A stretch of DNA of 64,000 nucleotides, from positions 91,202,001-91,266,000 of the forward strand of contig OZ024745.1 in the NCBI GenBank assembly GCA_964016885.1, given 5' to 3'. The stretch comes from Eledone cirrhosa (lineage: Eukaryota). Made by a program: the position numbers and the translations under genes. Under the pieces are notes generated by a model. The model did not search any database and was not told where the DNA came from. It saw only the letters and a list, made by a program, of their open reading frames with translations. This document shows, one piece after another, positions 14,117 to 24,041 of the stretch; position 1 is the stretch's first letter, and every line of letters starts with the position of its first letter.

Positions 14117-14268
14117 ATGTATATATATATATATTTATATTCATATACATATATATATATATTCATATATATATGTATATATATATTTATATTTTTATAT
14201 ATATATATATTCATATATATATGTATATATATATATATTCATATATATATGTATATATATATATATTC

Positions 14269-14299
<31 letters not shown>

Positions 14300-14440
14300 C
14301 ATATATATATGTATATATATATATATTCATATATATATGTATATATATATATATATTCATATATATATGTATATATATATATATTCATATATATATGTAT
14401 ATATATATATATATTCATATATATATGTATATATATATGT

Positions 14441-14784
14441 GGAGGCACATGGCTTAGTGGTTAGAGCATTGGCCTTGCAATCGAAAGGTTGTGAGTTCAA
14501 TTCTCAGACCGGGTGATGTGTTGTTTCCTTGAGCAAGACACTTTATTTCACATTGCTCCAGTTTACTCAGCTGTAGAAATGAGATGATAGGGACTGAGGG
14601 TCCCTATCATTCCACTGCAATGTGGTCGTGGAGGTGCCACGGCAAAAAAGCACCCAGCACTCACTGTAAATGAGGTTGGTGTTAGGAAGGGCATCCAGCT
14701 GTAGAAATCAAGCCAGAATCAGTTCCCGTCCCACCCTTGTAAACAGGGAAAAGTGGACGTAAAATGAAATGATGAAATGATGAT
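14441..14784 (+). mobile_element. CORE-type SINE with RTE family 1 tail
   Basis: A box TGGCTTAGTGG, B box GAGTTCAATTC and CORE-like domain. 11-bp hairpin at 14584-14610. Tail CCCGTCCCACCCTTG...GGACGTAAAATGA. Confidence 0.9.
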
Positions 14785-15176
14785 ATATATATTCATATAT
14801 ATATGTATATATATATATATTCATATATATATGTATATATATATATATTCATATATATATGTATATATATATATATATTCATATATATATGTATATATAT
14901 ATATATTCATATATATATGTATATATATATATATATATTCATATATATATGTATATATATATATATTCATATATATATGTATATATATATATATATATTC
15001 ATATATATATGTATATATATATATATATATTCATATATATATGTATATATATATATATATATTCATATATATATGTATATATATATATATATATTCATAT
15101 ATATATGTATATATATATATATTCATATATATATATGTATATATATATATATTCATATATATATGTATATATATAA

Positions 15177-15369
15177 TGGAGGAAATGTGGTAAGGAACCA
15201 GGTGGACCATAACGCACCAAAGTACTCAATACTTAGAGTAGTAGAGTGGGTAATAGGAATGAGTAGGACCCCGACGGCTGAGTTCAAGCCGTTTCGACGG
15301 CTAATTCTGGACTAGAATTAGCCGTTGAAACGGCTTGATCTCAGCTGTCGGGGTCCTACTCGTTCCTAT
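15177..15369 (-). mobile_element. Fold-back element in the (TA) array: 56-bp-arm palindrome containing the 3' half of a hammerhead, plus a unique tail
   Basis: Arms 15253-15308 / 15314-15369 with 4 differences. On -: hairpin-GAA-ACGGCT-tgaactc-AGCCGT-C-GGGG. Tail contains ATTGAGTACT. Confidence 0.7.
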
Positions 15370-16071
15370 GTATATATATATTCATATATATGTATATATA
15401 TATATATTCATATATATGTATATATATATATATTCATATATATGTATATATATATATATTCATATATATGTATATATATATATATTCATATATATGTATA
15501 TATATATATATATTCATATATATGTATATATATATATATATTCATATATATGTATATATATATATATTCATATATATGTATATATATATATATTCATATA
15601 TATGTATATATATATTCATATATATGTATATATATATATATTCATATATATGTATATATATATTCATATATGTGTATATATATATATATATATTCATATA
15701 TATGTATATATATATATTCATATATATGTATATATATATATATTCATATATATGTATATATATATATATGTATATGTATATGTATATATGTATATATATA
15801 TATGTATATATATATATGTATATATTCATATATATGTATATATATATTTATGTATATGTATATATGTATATATATATATGTATATATATATATGTATATA
15901 TTCATATATATGTATATATATATTCATATATATGTATATATATATTCATATATATGTATATATATATTCATATATATCTATATATATATATATTCATATA
16001 TATGTATATATATATATATATATATTCATATATATCTATATATATATATATTCATATATATGTATATATAT

Positions 16072-18260
16072 ATCATCATCATCATCATCATCATCAACGT
16101 TTAACGTCCGTGTTCCACGCTTGCATGGGTTTGGACGGGGGTAGTCCCACTTGAGGCAAGAGTGATTGTCTTGCTCGCATAGGACTGTCTGGCAGGTTTT
16201 CTACAGTTGGATGCCCTTCCTAACACCAACCACATTTACAGTGTGGGTCTGGGAGGTTTTTACCGTGTTGCCTACACGGCCACATTACAGCGTGGACTGT
16301 GTGTTTTTTTGTCGTGACACCTACACGATCTCATTTGTTTCGGCCTCGATGGCGCGGCACCAACATAACTTTACATAGAACGAGGTGGTGTGGATGGGGT
16401 AGGGGTGGGGGGGGGGGGTGTATTTTGTTAGGGATGCCTACTGGCTGGAGTAGGTTTTACTATATATTTAGGTAAGGCGGGTCTTCTCTGTTACTGAGTA
16501 CCGCCAAAGGTCTCGGTCCAGTGACATTGTCTTGGAGAGGTGTAAGTGTGTGATGTCGGAGTTTATCAGCTCGTCCCAGGTTTTTCTAGGTCTGCCTATT
16601 CCGTGACTACCGTCTATCTTTATTGCCCTGCACTTTGTTATACAGCTATCGACTTTCATGCGCATCACGTGTCCATACCAACGTAGCCTTCTCTCGAGTA
16701 AACAACATCTGATCCCTCTTATCTCTAATTTTTTCCTTAGTTCGTTTATGCTTTGCCGTTCACGTATATTACTGTTACACATCCAGCGGAGCATGCAAGC
16801 TTCGTTCCTCTCTAGTCTGCGTATATCCTCTGCACACAATGCCCAGGTCTCACTGCCATGCAGCATTGCCGTTCGTATGCAGGCATCGTACAACCTGCCT
16901 TTCATTTTTAGGGAGAACCCTTTAGCAGCTAATAGTGGTATAAGCTCTCTGAACTTTTTCCAACCAGTTCTGACTCTAGCTACAGTACTTTCAGAGCACC
17001 CTCCCCCACTGCTGATTTTATCGCCCAGGTAACGGAAGCTGTCCACTATTTCTATAGAACCCTCTGCGCAATTGAAAGAGCTAGTAGCTTGTGGGCACTT
17101 GCTGCTACTTATTGCACCAGAGCACCGGCCACATGTAAAATCTATGTTCTTAGTTAGCTTACCTGTGATCCCACTACATCTTTTATGCACCCATACTTTG
17201 CATTTAGGACATAAAATGGAGTTTCTACCTACGCCTTTCCTACACACCGAGCACGACCATTTCCCAGAAGGGACCGCCGCCTTGTTTTCTTTCCTACAAA
17301 CTAGTACTTTGGTCTTAGCCAGGTTAATTTTAAGTCCTTTTGACTCTAGGCCGTGCTTCCATGTTTGGAATTTCTTCTCTAGCTCGGCCATTGATTCCGC
17401 TATGAGTGTCAGGTCGTCTGCGTATAGGAGTTCCCATGGGCAGCCTGTCTTGAACTCCTCTGTTATAGCCTGAAGGGCAATAATAAATAGTAGTGGGCTG
17501 AGAACAGAGCCCTGATGGATGCCAACTTTTACGCTAAACTCTTCACTATATTCGTTGTTAATTCTAACCTTGCTGACTGTTTCTTTATACATGGCTTGTA
17601 TAGCCCTCACAAGCCATTCGTCAACGCCTAGTTTTCTAAGAGCCCACCAGATAATGGAGCGGGGGACTCTGTCGAAGGCTTTCTCCAAGTCGACAAAAGC
17701 TAAGTAGAGGGGTTTACCTTTAGCTAGGTACTTCTCCTGTAGTTGTCGTACTATGAAAAGAGCGTCTGTGGTACTTTTGCCTGACACAAACCCGAACTGC
17801 ATTTCATCTAGGTCAATTCTCTCTCTGATTAGTTGCGCTATTACTTTTTCCGTGACCTTCATGACCTGGTCGATTAATTTAATGCCTCTATAGTTACTCC
17901 TATCTAGGGCGTCTCCTTTACCCTTATAACAGTTAACGATGATGCTGCTATGCCAGTCCTTCGGAACAACCCCATTCTGTACGACTTGGTTAACTATGCG
18001 GGTGACCATGGTGTGTCCCACCGTGCCAGATGCCTTCAGCATCTCAGCAACTATTTCCGAAGGCCCAGCCGCCTTACCCGTCTTCATATCCTTGATTGCC
18101 TTACTTATTATACTCCCCTCGACTAACACTGCTGGTCCCTCTATTGGGTCGATCTGGGGGAGACTGCCTTTCTCCCAATTATTCTCCTCATTTAGTAGCC
18201 TTTCATAGTGACACTTCCAAGCTACCTTCTTATCAGCGTCGGTGATGGCAAGTGTGCCAT
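16072..18260 (-). mobile_element. 5'-truncated RTE-clade LINE (family 2): uninterrupted RT ORF, ~390-nt 3' UTR, (GAT)n tail
   Basis: RT motifs NYRGIKL, FVDLEKAFD, GIHQGSVLSPLLF, LLYADD and FRYLG. The frame stays open up to ~18260 ([25 protein letters not shown]). Tail reads (CAT)n on + at 16072-16095. Confidence 0.96.
16468..18129 (-). CDS. RTE ORF2 fragment: reverse transcriptase with C4HC3 (PHD-type) finger; N-terminus and endonuclease lost
   Basis: 553-aa ORF with the YADD catalytic motif. CSVC-x10-CPKC-x4-HKRC-x14-CGRC at 17122-17253. The listed start is an artefact of truncation. Confidence 0.9.
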   Translation of the reverse strand: MLVEGSIISKAIKDMKTGKAAGPSEIVAEMLKASGTVGHTMVTRIVNQVVQNGVVPKDWHSSIIVNCYKGKGDALDRSNYRGIKLIDQVMKVTEKVIAQLIRERIDLDEMQFGFVSGKSTTDALFIVRQLQEKYLAKGKPLYLAFVDLEKAFDRVPRSIIWWALRKLGVDEWLVRAIQAMYKETVSKVRINNEYSEEFSVKVGIHQGSVLSPLLFIIALQAITEEFKTGCPWELLYADDLTLIAESMAELEKKFQTWKHGLESKGLKINLAKTKVLVCRKENKAAVPSGKWSCSVCRKGVGRNSILCPKCKVWVHKRCSGITGKLTKNIDFTCGRCSGAISSSKCPQATSSFNCAEGSIEIVDSFRYLGDKISSGGGCSESTVARVRTGWKKFRELIPLLAAKGFSLKMKGRLYDACIRTAMLHGSETWALCAEDIRRLERNEACMLRWMCNSNIRERQSINELRKKLEIRGIRCCLLERRLRWYGHVMRMKVDSCITKCRAIKIDGSHGIGRPRKTWDELINSDITHLHLSKTMSLDRDLWRYSVTEKTRLT

Positions 18261-19483
18261 ATATAAATATTCATATATATGTATATATATATTCATATAT
18301 ATGTATATATATATTCATATAATTAAGTTTTTATATTCATATATATCTATATATATATTCATATATATGTATATATATATATATATATATTCGTATATAT
18401 ATATATATGTATATATTCATATATATGTATATATATATATATATATATTCATATATATCTATATATATAGTAACTTAATGTAAGGTTCTTATATAAAATT
18501 ATGTTGGAAGATTTTAATTTAGATTGTAAACATTTAAAATGGGTGGTTTTATTTCATAGAACCAGAACTGGTTTTGGCCAGATTGGTAACTAAAGGGTTA
18601 AGAAACTTGGTGCTAATCTTGAACTTACAATTTAGATTTTATAAATGACCTATATAATTGTGTACAACAACTAATCTAATGCAGACTACATAAAACTAAT
18701 TTCGAAATATACCAATAAGAATTTTGAAAAATAAAAAAATATAACAAAGAAATAACAATGAAGAAGAGTTAGTTTAAAAAAATATGCTAGAGTAATGTCT
18801 TTTGAAATATCACTATGAAATATCATGTATGGCTTCCTATCTTGGTATAAACAATGTTTATTTGTATCAATTTTAACTATCAATATTTTTGATGCGTGAA
18901 AGTGCATTTAATTACTGACATGTCTAGCAAATTGAAACACTTTGTACTGTTCATCCTTTTGATACTTTGTATTGATTTCTAACTTAATCACGCGACTAGA
19001 AAATTAGTGGAAAGATATAGTCGACTTAATTGACCTAGTACTTCACTAGTACTTATTGTTATCGATCTTGAAAAGATGAACAGTAAAGTCAACCTCAGCA
19101 ACATTTGTACTCAAAATGTGAAGAGAGGTAGATTAAAACTGCCATGCATTCTCCCCAGTACACTAGAATGTCTACCATCCACTGATAAAATTCTCAAAAC
19201 ATCTACACAGTACTTCACTTCTAATTATGTCAAACCTGATTTCAACAGTTCTATCTATTTTTTTTCAAATATCCAAACTTTACATTTATCTTTTCTTCCT
19301 ACCTTATTTATGAAACTATTTCAATATGTTGCACATTATTCAATTTTGTTTCCAGTCACAGTAGGTTGTATCTTACTTGCATACAATTCCATTTTGCTAC
19401 AGTTCTATAAATATGAAGATGCCTCTATATGGTCATTCAACCTGCTATAAATAAATAATATATATACATATATATATATACAT

Positions 19484-19648
19484 AACAAATTTAATATAGA
19501 AATGCTTCTACAAGACTAGAACTATTTCATTCAAAGGAAATAACCAGCAAAGTTAGAAGACATTTATATTAAATTTGTTGTATACACTCTACTAATGCAT
19601 TGAGTACCTTACTTACTGTGGTTACTCCTGATTGAACCTAGGACTCAT
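19484..19648. mobile_element. Fold-back element in (TA)n with a decayed hammerhead spacer and ATTGAGTAC tail
   Basis: Inverted repeat 19484-19510 / 19554-19579. The spacer on - resembles 28486-28534. ATTGAGTAC at 19599. Confidence 0.55.
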
Positions 19649-19686
19649 ATATATATACATATATATACATATATATATACATATAT

Positions 19687-19715
<29 letters not shown>

Positions 19716-19717
<2 letters not shown>

Positions 19718-19907
19718 ATTGTTTCTACTTTTGGCACAAGGCCAGCAATTATCGCAGTGTATTACTGGTACTTTATTTTATCGACCCTGTAAGGATGAAA
19801 GGCAAACTTAACCTCGGCGGGATTTGAACTCAGACCATAAAGGGCCGTTACTCTTTGTTGCAAAGCATGGCGTCCGACCCTCTACCGATACTGCCAAACC
19901 ACCGCCC
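19716..19907 (-). mobile_element. SINE family B, full length
   Basis: Minus strand reads GGGCGGTGGTTTGGCAGTATCGGTAGAGGGTCGG...GAGTTCAAATCCCGCCGAGG...GCCTTTCATCCTTACAGGGTCGATAAA...GCCAAAAGTAGAAACAATTAT. From memory the body resembles the Meta/MESC SINE domain; unverified. Confidence 0.88.
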
Positions 19908-20740
19908 TCTATATATAGACTGGGAAGACCACAGATCAGGGTAGTACTTGATGTACAGCAGTTAGTAAAATCCCAATAGAGGATGGCTTCCATTTTGGCT
20001 GCCTTGCAAGCTTGCTTGCTTTAAACTGATTAGTCCAAGGAGTATCCTCCTCCTGGGAAATTTTATTAATTGCTATATGTGTATGTACATATATATTTCA
20101 AAAGATGTCTGCATTGTCTCAAGCAATATTAAACATACTTCAAAATATGAGCACATGTGACAAGTATATGATAAAGATATATCTGCATTTATACAGATTG
20201 GGTAACTGAGACTGCACCAATATGTCTATGAATATACACATTTGTAATGTGTAGGTATGTAAACATGCCAAAAATTCCCTCTAAATTGAAAAAAAATCAT
20301 AAATACCTTTTAACCAATTCGTCAGACCTAGTTGGGCCGCATCAGAAGTCATGTATATCATCCAAACAACTATTTGTATATATTTATATAAACATTGGGG
20401 GCAGTCTCAGTTACCCACTCAGTATATATACAGATATAACTTTATATATATTATATTATTTATTTATGTTCATAGATGGAACAAAACTGCTACTCAAGGT
20501 TTCAAGGCCAAAATTTGACCATGCCTTCACAATACAAGAAGCATCAAATTAATGACCTTTCTTCAAGTGATAATTTGATGCCTCTTCTATTCTGGTGGTG
20601 TGGTCAAATCTGGGCCTTGAAACTTTGCGAGGCGCTTTTATTTTTTCCATGTATGAACATAAATAAATAATATAATATTTCTGCTCTTTTCCTGATTGAG
20701 CACAGTTTTCATTTTTTTTTTTACAGATATTGCTACATTT

Positions 20741-20793
<53 letters not shown>

Positions 20794-21049
20794 TATCTAT
20801 ATGTATATGTAAATATTTACATCCACTCCTACATAATCATCATCATCACAGACTGTTTACAAAAGTAAATCCATTATCCACTAAATACTTTATACACCCA
20901 CCTACAAATCAAATATATTTTCATCACCACCCACAGGTAGAACTCTACTGAACCATTTCATGTGATTCACTCCATCCATTAACACAATACAAAAGCTATT
21001 ACCATTTTACTGTTTCTTTATTTATTCCTTTTCCCCCTCACCACTACAC

Positions 21050-21386
21050 CCCCTCCCATTTCCGCCCACACTACCCTTACTCTGTAAAGTTATGTTGGTA
21101 CCACAAAACATCCAGCCCACACTGTAAAGTGGTCATGTAGGTGTCACCACAAAAAAGCACCCAGTCCACACTGTAAAGTGGTTGTGTAGGAGACATGACA
21201 AAAAGCACCCAGCACACACTGTAAATGTGGTTGGCATTAGGAAGGCCATCCAGCCATAAAAAACCAGCCAGAAACAGTCCTATACAAGCGAGACATGGTC
21301 ACCCGACCAAACTTGTCTCAAATGGGACAAACCCATCTCACCCATGCTAGCATGGAAGATAGATGTTAAATGATGATGATGATGAT
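21050..21386 (+). mobile_element. RTE-type 3' UTR fragment with repeated ~46-nt units
   Basis: Three to four CCCAGCCCACACTGTAAAGTGG-like units, then AGGAAGGCCATCCAGCC and a CCCATGCTAGCATGGAAG...(GAT)n tail. Confidence 0.78.
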
Positions 21387-21620
21387 TTCAACTGTTCCAT
21401 CATCATTATCATTGTAAATACCACAGCCACTGTTATCTCACATAATTCTATTTTTCAGTAAATATTTTATTCACCCCCCACCAATTGTTATATGCCTTCC
21501 TACCAACCCAATTTTCCATTAAACATCATTATCATCACCTGAAATTTCACCCCTTTTGCAAATCTTATTAATTCTAAACATCAACTTTATTATCATCATT
21601 GCAGATACCATGTCCATATA

Positions 21621-22012
21621 AAGGTGCATGGCTTAGTGGTTAGAGCATTGGGCTTGCAATCGAAAGGTTGTGAGTTCAATTCTCGGACCGGGTGATGTGT
21701 TATTTCCTTGAGCAAGACACTTTATTTCACATTGCTCCAGTTTACTCCGCTGTAGAAATGAGATGATAGGACTGGGGTCCCTATCATTCCACTGCAAAGT
21801 GGTCGAGGAGGTGCTATGGAAAAAAAAAGCGCCCAGCACTCACTGTAAAAGAGGTTGGTGTTAGGAAGGGCATCCAGCTGTAGAAATCAAGCCAGAATCA
21901 GTTCCCGTATGAGCAAGACAAAGTCAGCCGACAGGACACTGCCCACAACAGGACAACCCGTCTAACCCATGCTAGTGTGGAAGAACAGACGTAAAACGGT
22001 GATGATGATGAT
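21621..22012 (+). mobile_element. CORE-type SINE with full RTE family 3 tail
   Basis: Same head and core as 14441. Its 3' ~220 nt match the reverse complement of 46552-46775. Confidence 0.9.
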
Positions 22013-22456
22013 ATCTTCCTTATTTCTCTTAGTTCTTTCTTTATTTCCTTTTTCTTCACCTTTATCATTTCATAACACCCTTCTTTCCCTCTCTACTCAC
22101 ACTTTCAAAAAGACCCCTTATACCCCCTTGAGTCTTCTATTTATACTGTCTCTGTTATTGAACATTTAGTCTTGTCTGATTATCATATGAGTGTGCAGGT
22201 GAAACACCAAAGTAATAAGGCTCACCAAGTAGCAATAATAAATGAATATATATATATATATGAAAATATTTGCAGGCAGAAGTATGCATATGTATGGGTG
22301 GGTGTATGTATATACATGCACACACACCCATATATATATATATATATTTGTATATACACTTGTATATATATATATATATGGAAAAAAATGAAATTTCATT
22401 TCTCACTTTTCGTACGTATATACATTCAAACGTTCAATCGACTGACAGGAAGGTAT

Positions 22457-22499
22457 ACGATGCTGATGACAGCTAATAAGCTAGAAAGTAGTTCATCGT
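22457..22499 (+). ncRNA. Minimal type-I hammerhead ribozyme motif (copy 1, C15.2>G)
   Basis: ACGATG-CTGATGA-c-AGCT-aata-AGCT-a-GAAA-gta-GTT-CATCGT. Perfect 6-bp stem I, both core boxes and a 4-bp stem II. Confidence 0.72.
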
Positions 22500-22861
22500 T
22501 CCTTAGTCAAGAGCAACGATGGTTGCCGAACAGTGTACATCTACTAATTCGGGCTGTTTGTTTACAAACAAACCGAGCATTATAATAAATGTTCGGTAAA
22601 CCCATACGTACATATATATATGTGTGCATGTATGTATGTATATACATACTAGTGTACGTCTGTATAGTATACATATATGTATGTACGTATACATACTTTT
22701 ATTTAAGTATCAGCCGTACTAAGAGTGAGAAATGAAATTTCATTTTTTCCATTTATCGTTTTCGGTACACCCGGCCGATATGCAAATTAGGCTGCTCTGC
22801 CGTCAATATGCATAAGGAAAGTATATACTTTCAAACGTTCAATCGACTGACAAGAAGGTAT

Positions 22862-22904
22862 GTGATGCTGATGACAGCTAATAAGCTAGAAACTAGTTCA
22901 TCGT
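22862..22904 (+). ncRNA. Minimal type-I hammerhead ribozyme motif (copy 2, palindromic stem III)
   Basis: GTGATG-CTGATGA-c-AGCT-aata-AGCT-a-GAAAC-TA-GTT-CATCGT. AACTAGTT is self-complementary. Predicted GUU cleavage site. Confidence 0.78.
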
Positions 22905-23992
22905 TCCTTAGCCAGTGTTGAACAAAAGGGCAACGATGGTGTCCGAACACTGTACAGCTACTAATGCAGGCTGTTTGTTTACAAACAAACCGAGCATTAT
23001 AATAAATGTTTGTTAAACCCATACGTACATATATATATATGTGTGCATGTATGTATATATATACATACTAGTGTACGTCTATGAACAAAGTGATTGATTT
23101 GTGCGACCAAAATAACACCAAACACATATTGAACTAGGAATATTGGATCCTCCGTCAATGTCCAGGTGAGCAAAAATAGATTTCTATCTGCATTGGAATT
23201 TACGAACTTGTGCATCTGCTGTGGTGTCAAAAACAAATGCCCATGACCGCACAGATAAACAATGGACCATGCCACGTGGCTTTGAACCCGTAAGTGAATT
23301 GAAGGTTCTGCAACTCTGATATACAGATTATTTATTATTAAGATGTATAAACTTGACATAACTATTATCATCTTATATTCTCTCAACTAATCACACTTGA
23401 TCATATTTCTCTATCCCGTTTTCTCCCCCCATAATTATTATATTTTTATTATTATTTGAAAAAATCGGTTTTTTTACATTGTGTTTTCCCCTCCAAATAT
23501 TCGCTTATATTTCTTTATATATTCTCTATATATTTTTTATCTTTATTATTTTTTTATCTTTATTATTTCCATTTTTATCCTCCTTTATATTTTACCTTAT
23601 TCTTACTTTTATACCTTATTATAGTGTAATCTTCCCCATGCCTCATTATACACTATTAATTATAGATTATTATTATTACTCTTTTTCCATTTCTAATTAC
23701 CTCATGTACTTTCTCCTCCGCTATATATATATATATATTGTATGCCCTTTGTGTTTGTGTAGCCTCTGCGCACCCTCTGCACCATACTATCGACGCCACC
23801 CCATCTATGGTTCAGCTAACCACCCGACTCCCGGGAATGAATATGACCGCAGCTAGTAAACAAGGACCCACACCCCGCCCTCCCGCACCAAAATTAGAGT
23901 TATCGTCCCCTACTTTTGCTCTTTACTCTCTTTACTCTTTGTTCTTGAATGTTTGGTTGGTAGAGTCCATAACACCAATCAAACCCCTTTTA

Positions 23993-24041
23993 TAGCTCTG
24001 ACGAATCCTACGGTTACGTAAGGAAGAAACATTGTAAGCCA
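23993..24041 (+). ncRNA. Type-I hammerhead-like motif followed by AATAAA
   Basis: TAGCT-CTGACGA-a-TCCTACG-gtta-CGTAAGGA-a-GAAAC-att-GTA-AGCCA, then AATAAA at 24041. Confidence 0.62.

Larger units (their letters stand above)
11650..18470. repeat. Long (TA)-derived micro/minisatellite array with a ~22-nt unit (TTCATATATATGTATATATATA), interrupted by four insertions
   Basis: Directly visible. Source of the YIYI ORFs. Confidence 0.97.
22379..23080 (+). mobile_element. Partial tandem (405-nt period) hammerhead-bearing repeat with a 5' inverted fragment; Penelope pLTR or retrozyme-like
   Basis: Direct repeat 22425-22660 / 22830-23080. 22379-22417 is an inverted copy of 22715-22752. Adjacent to (TA)n. 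Confidence 0.7.

Noticed and set aside
13505-14214. ORFs antisense to the RTE copies (also 16658-18208, 46935-48060, 49009-49461)
   Set aside because: Shadow ORFs of the RT/APE coding strand with no independent motifs.
14441-14512. tRNA-like sequence with A/B boxes and TGC in the anticodon position
   Set aside because: Acceptor and anticodon stems do not pair, and it continues into the SINE body; a SINE head, not a tRNA gene.
11469-16154. Long ORFs of YIYI/IYIY type, and HTHT/VCVC/ERER ORFs elsewhere
   Set aside because: Translations of stop-free dinucleotide microsatellites, open in several frames and on both strands; not genes.
21080-21230. Regularly spaced ~46-nt repeats resembling a CRISPR array
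   Set aside because: Intervening sequences are homologous to each other, the context is a eukaryotic retroposon UTR, and no cas genes are present.
22997-23386. 129-aa ORF next to the tandem hammerheads as a possible GIY-YIG/RT remnant
   Set aside because: No recognisable PLE protein motifs in the frames examined.
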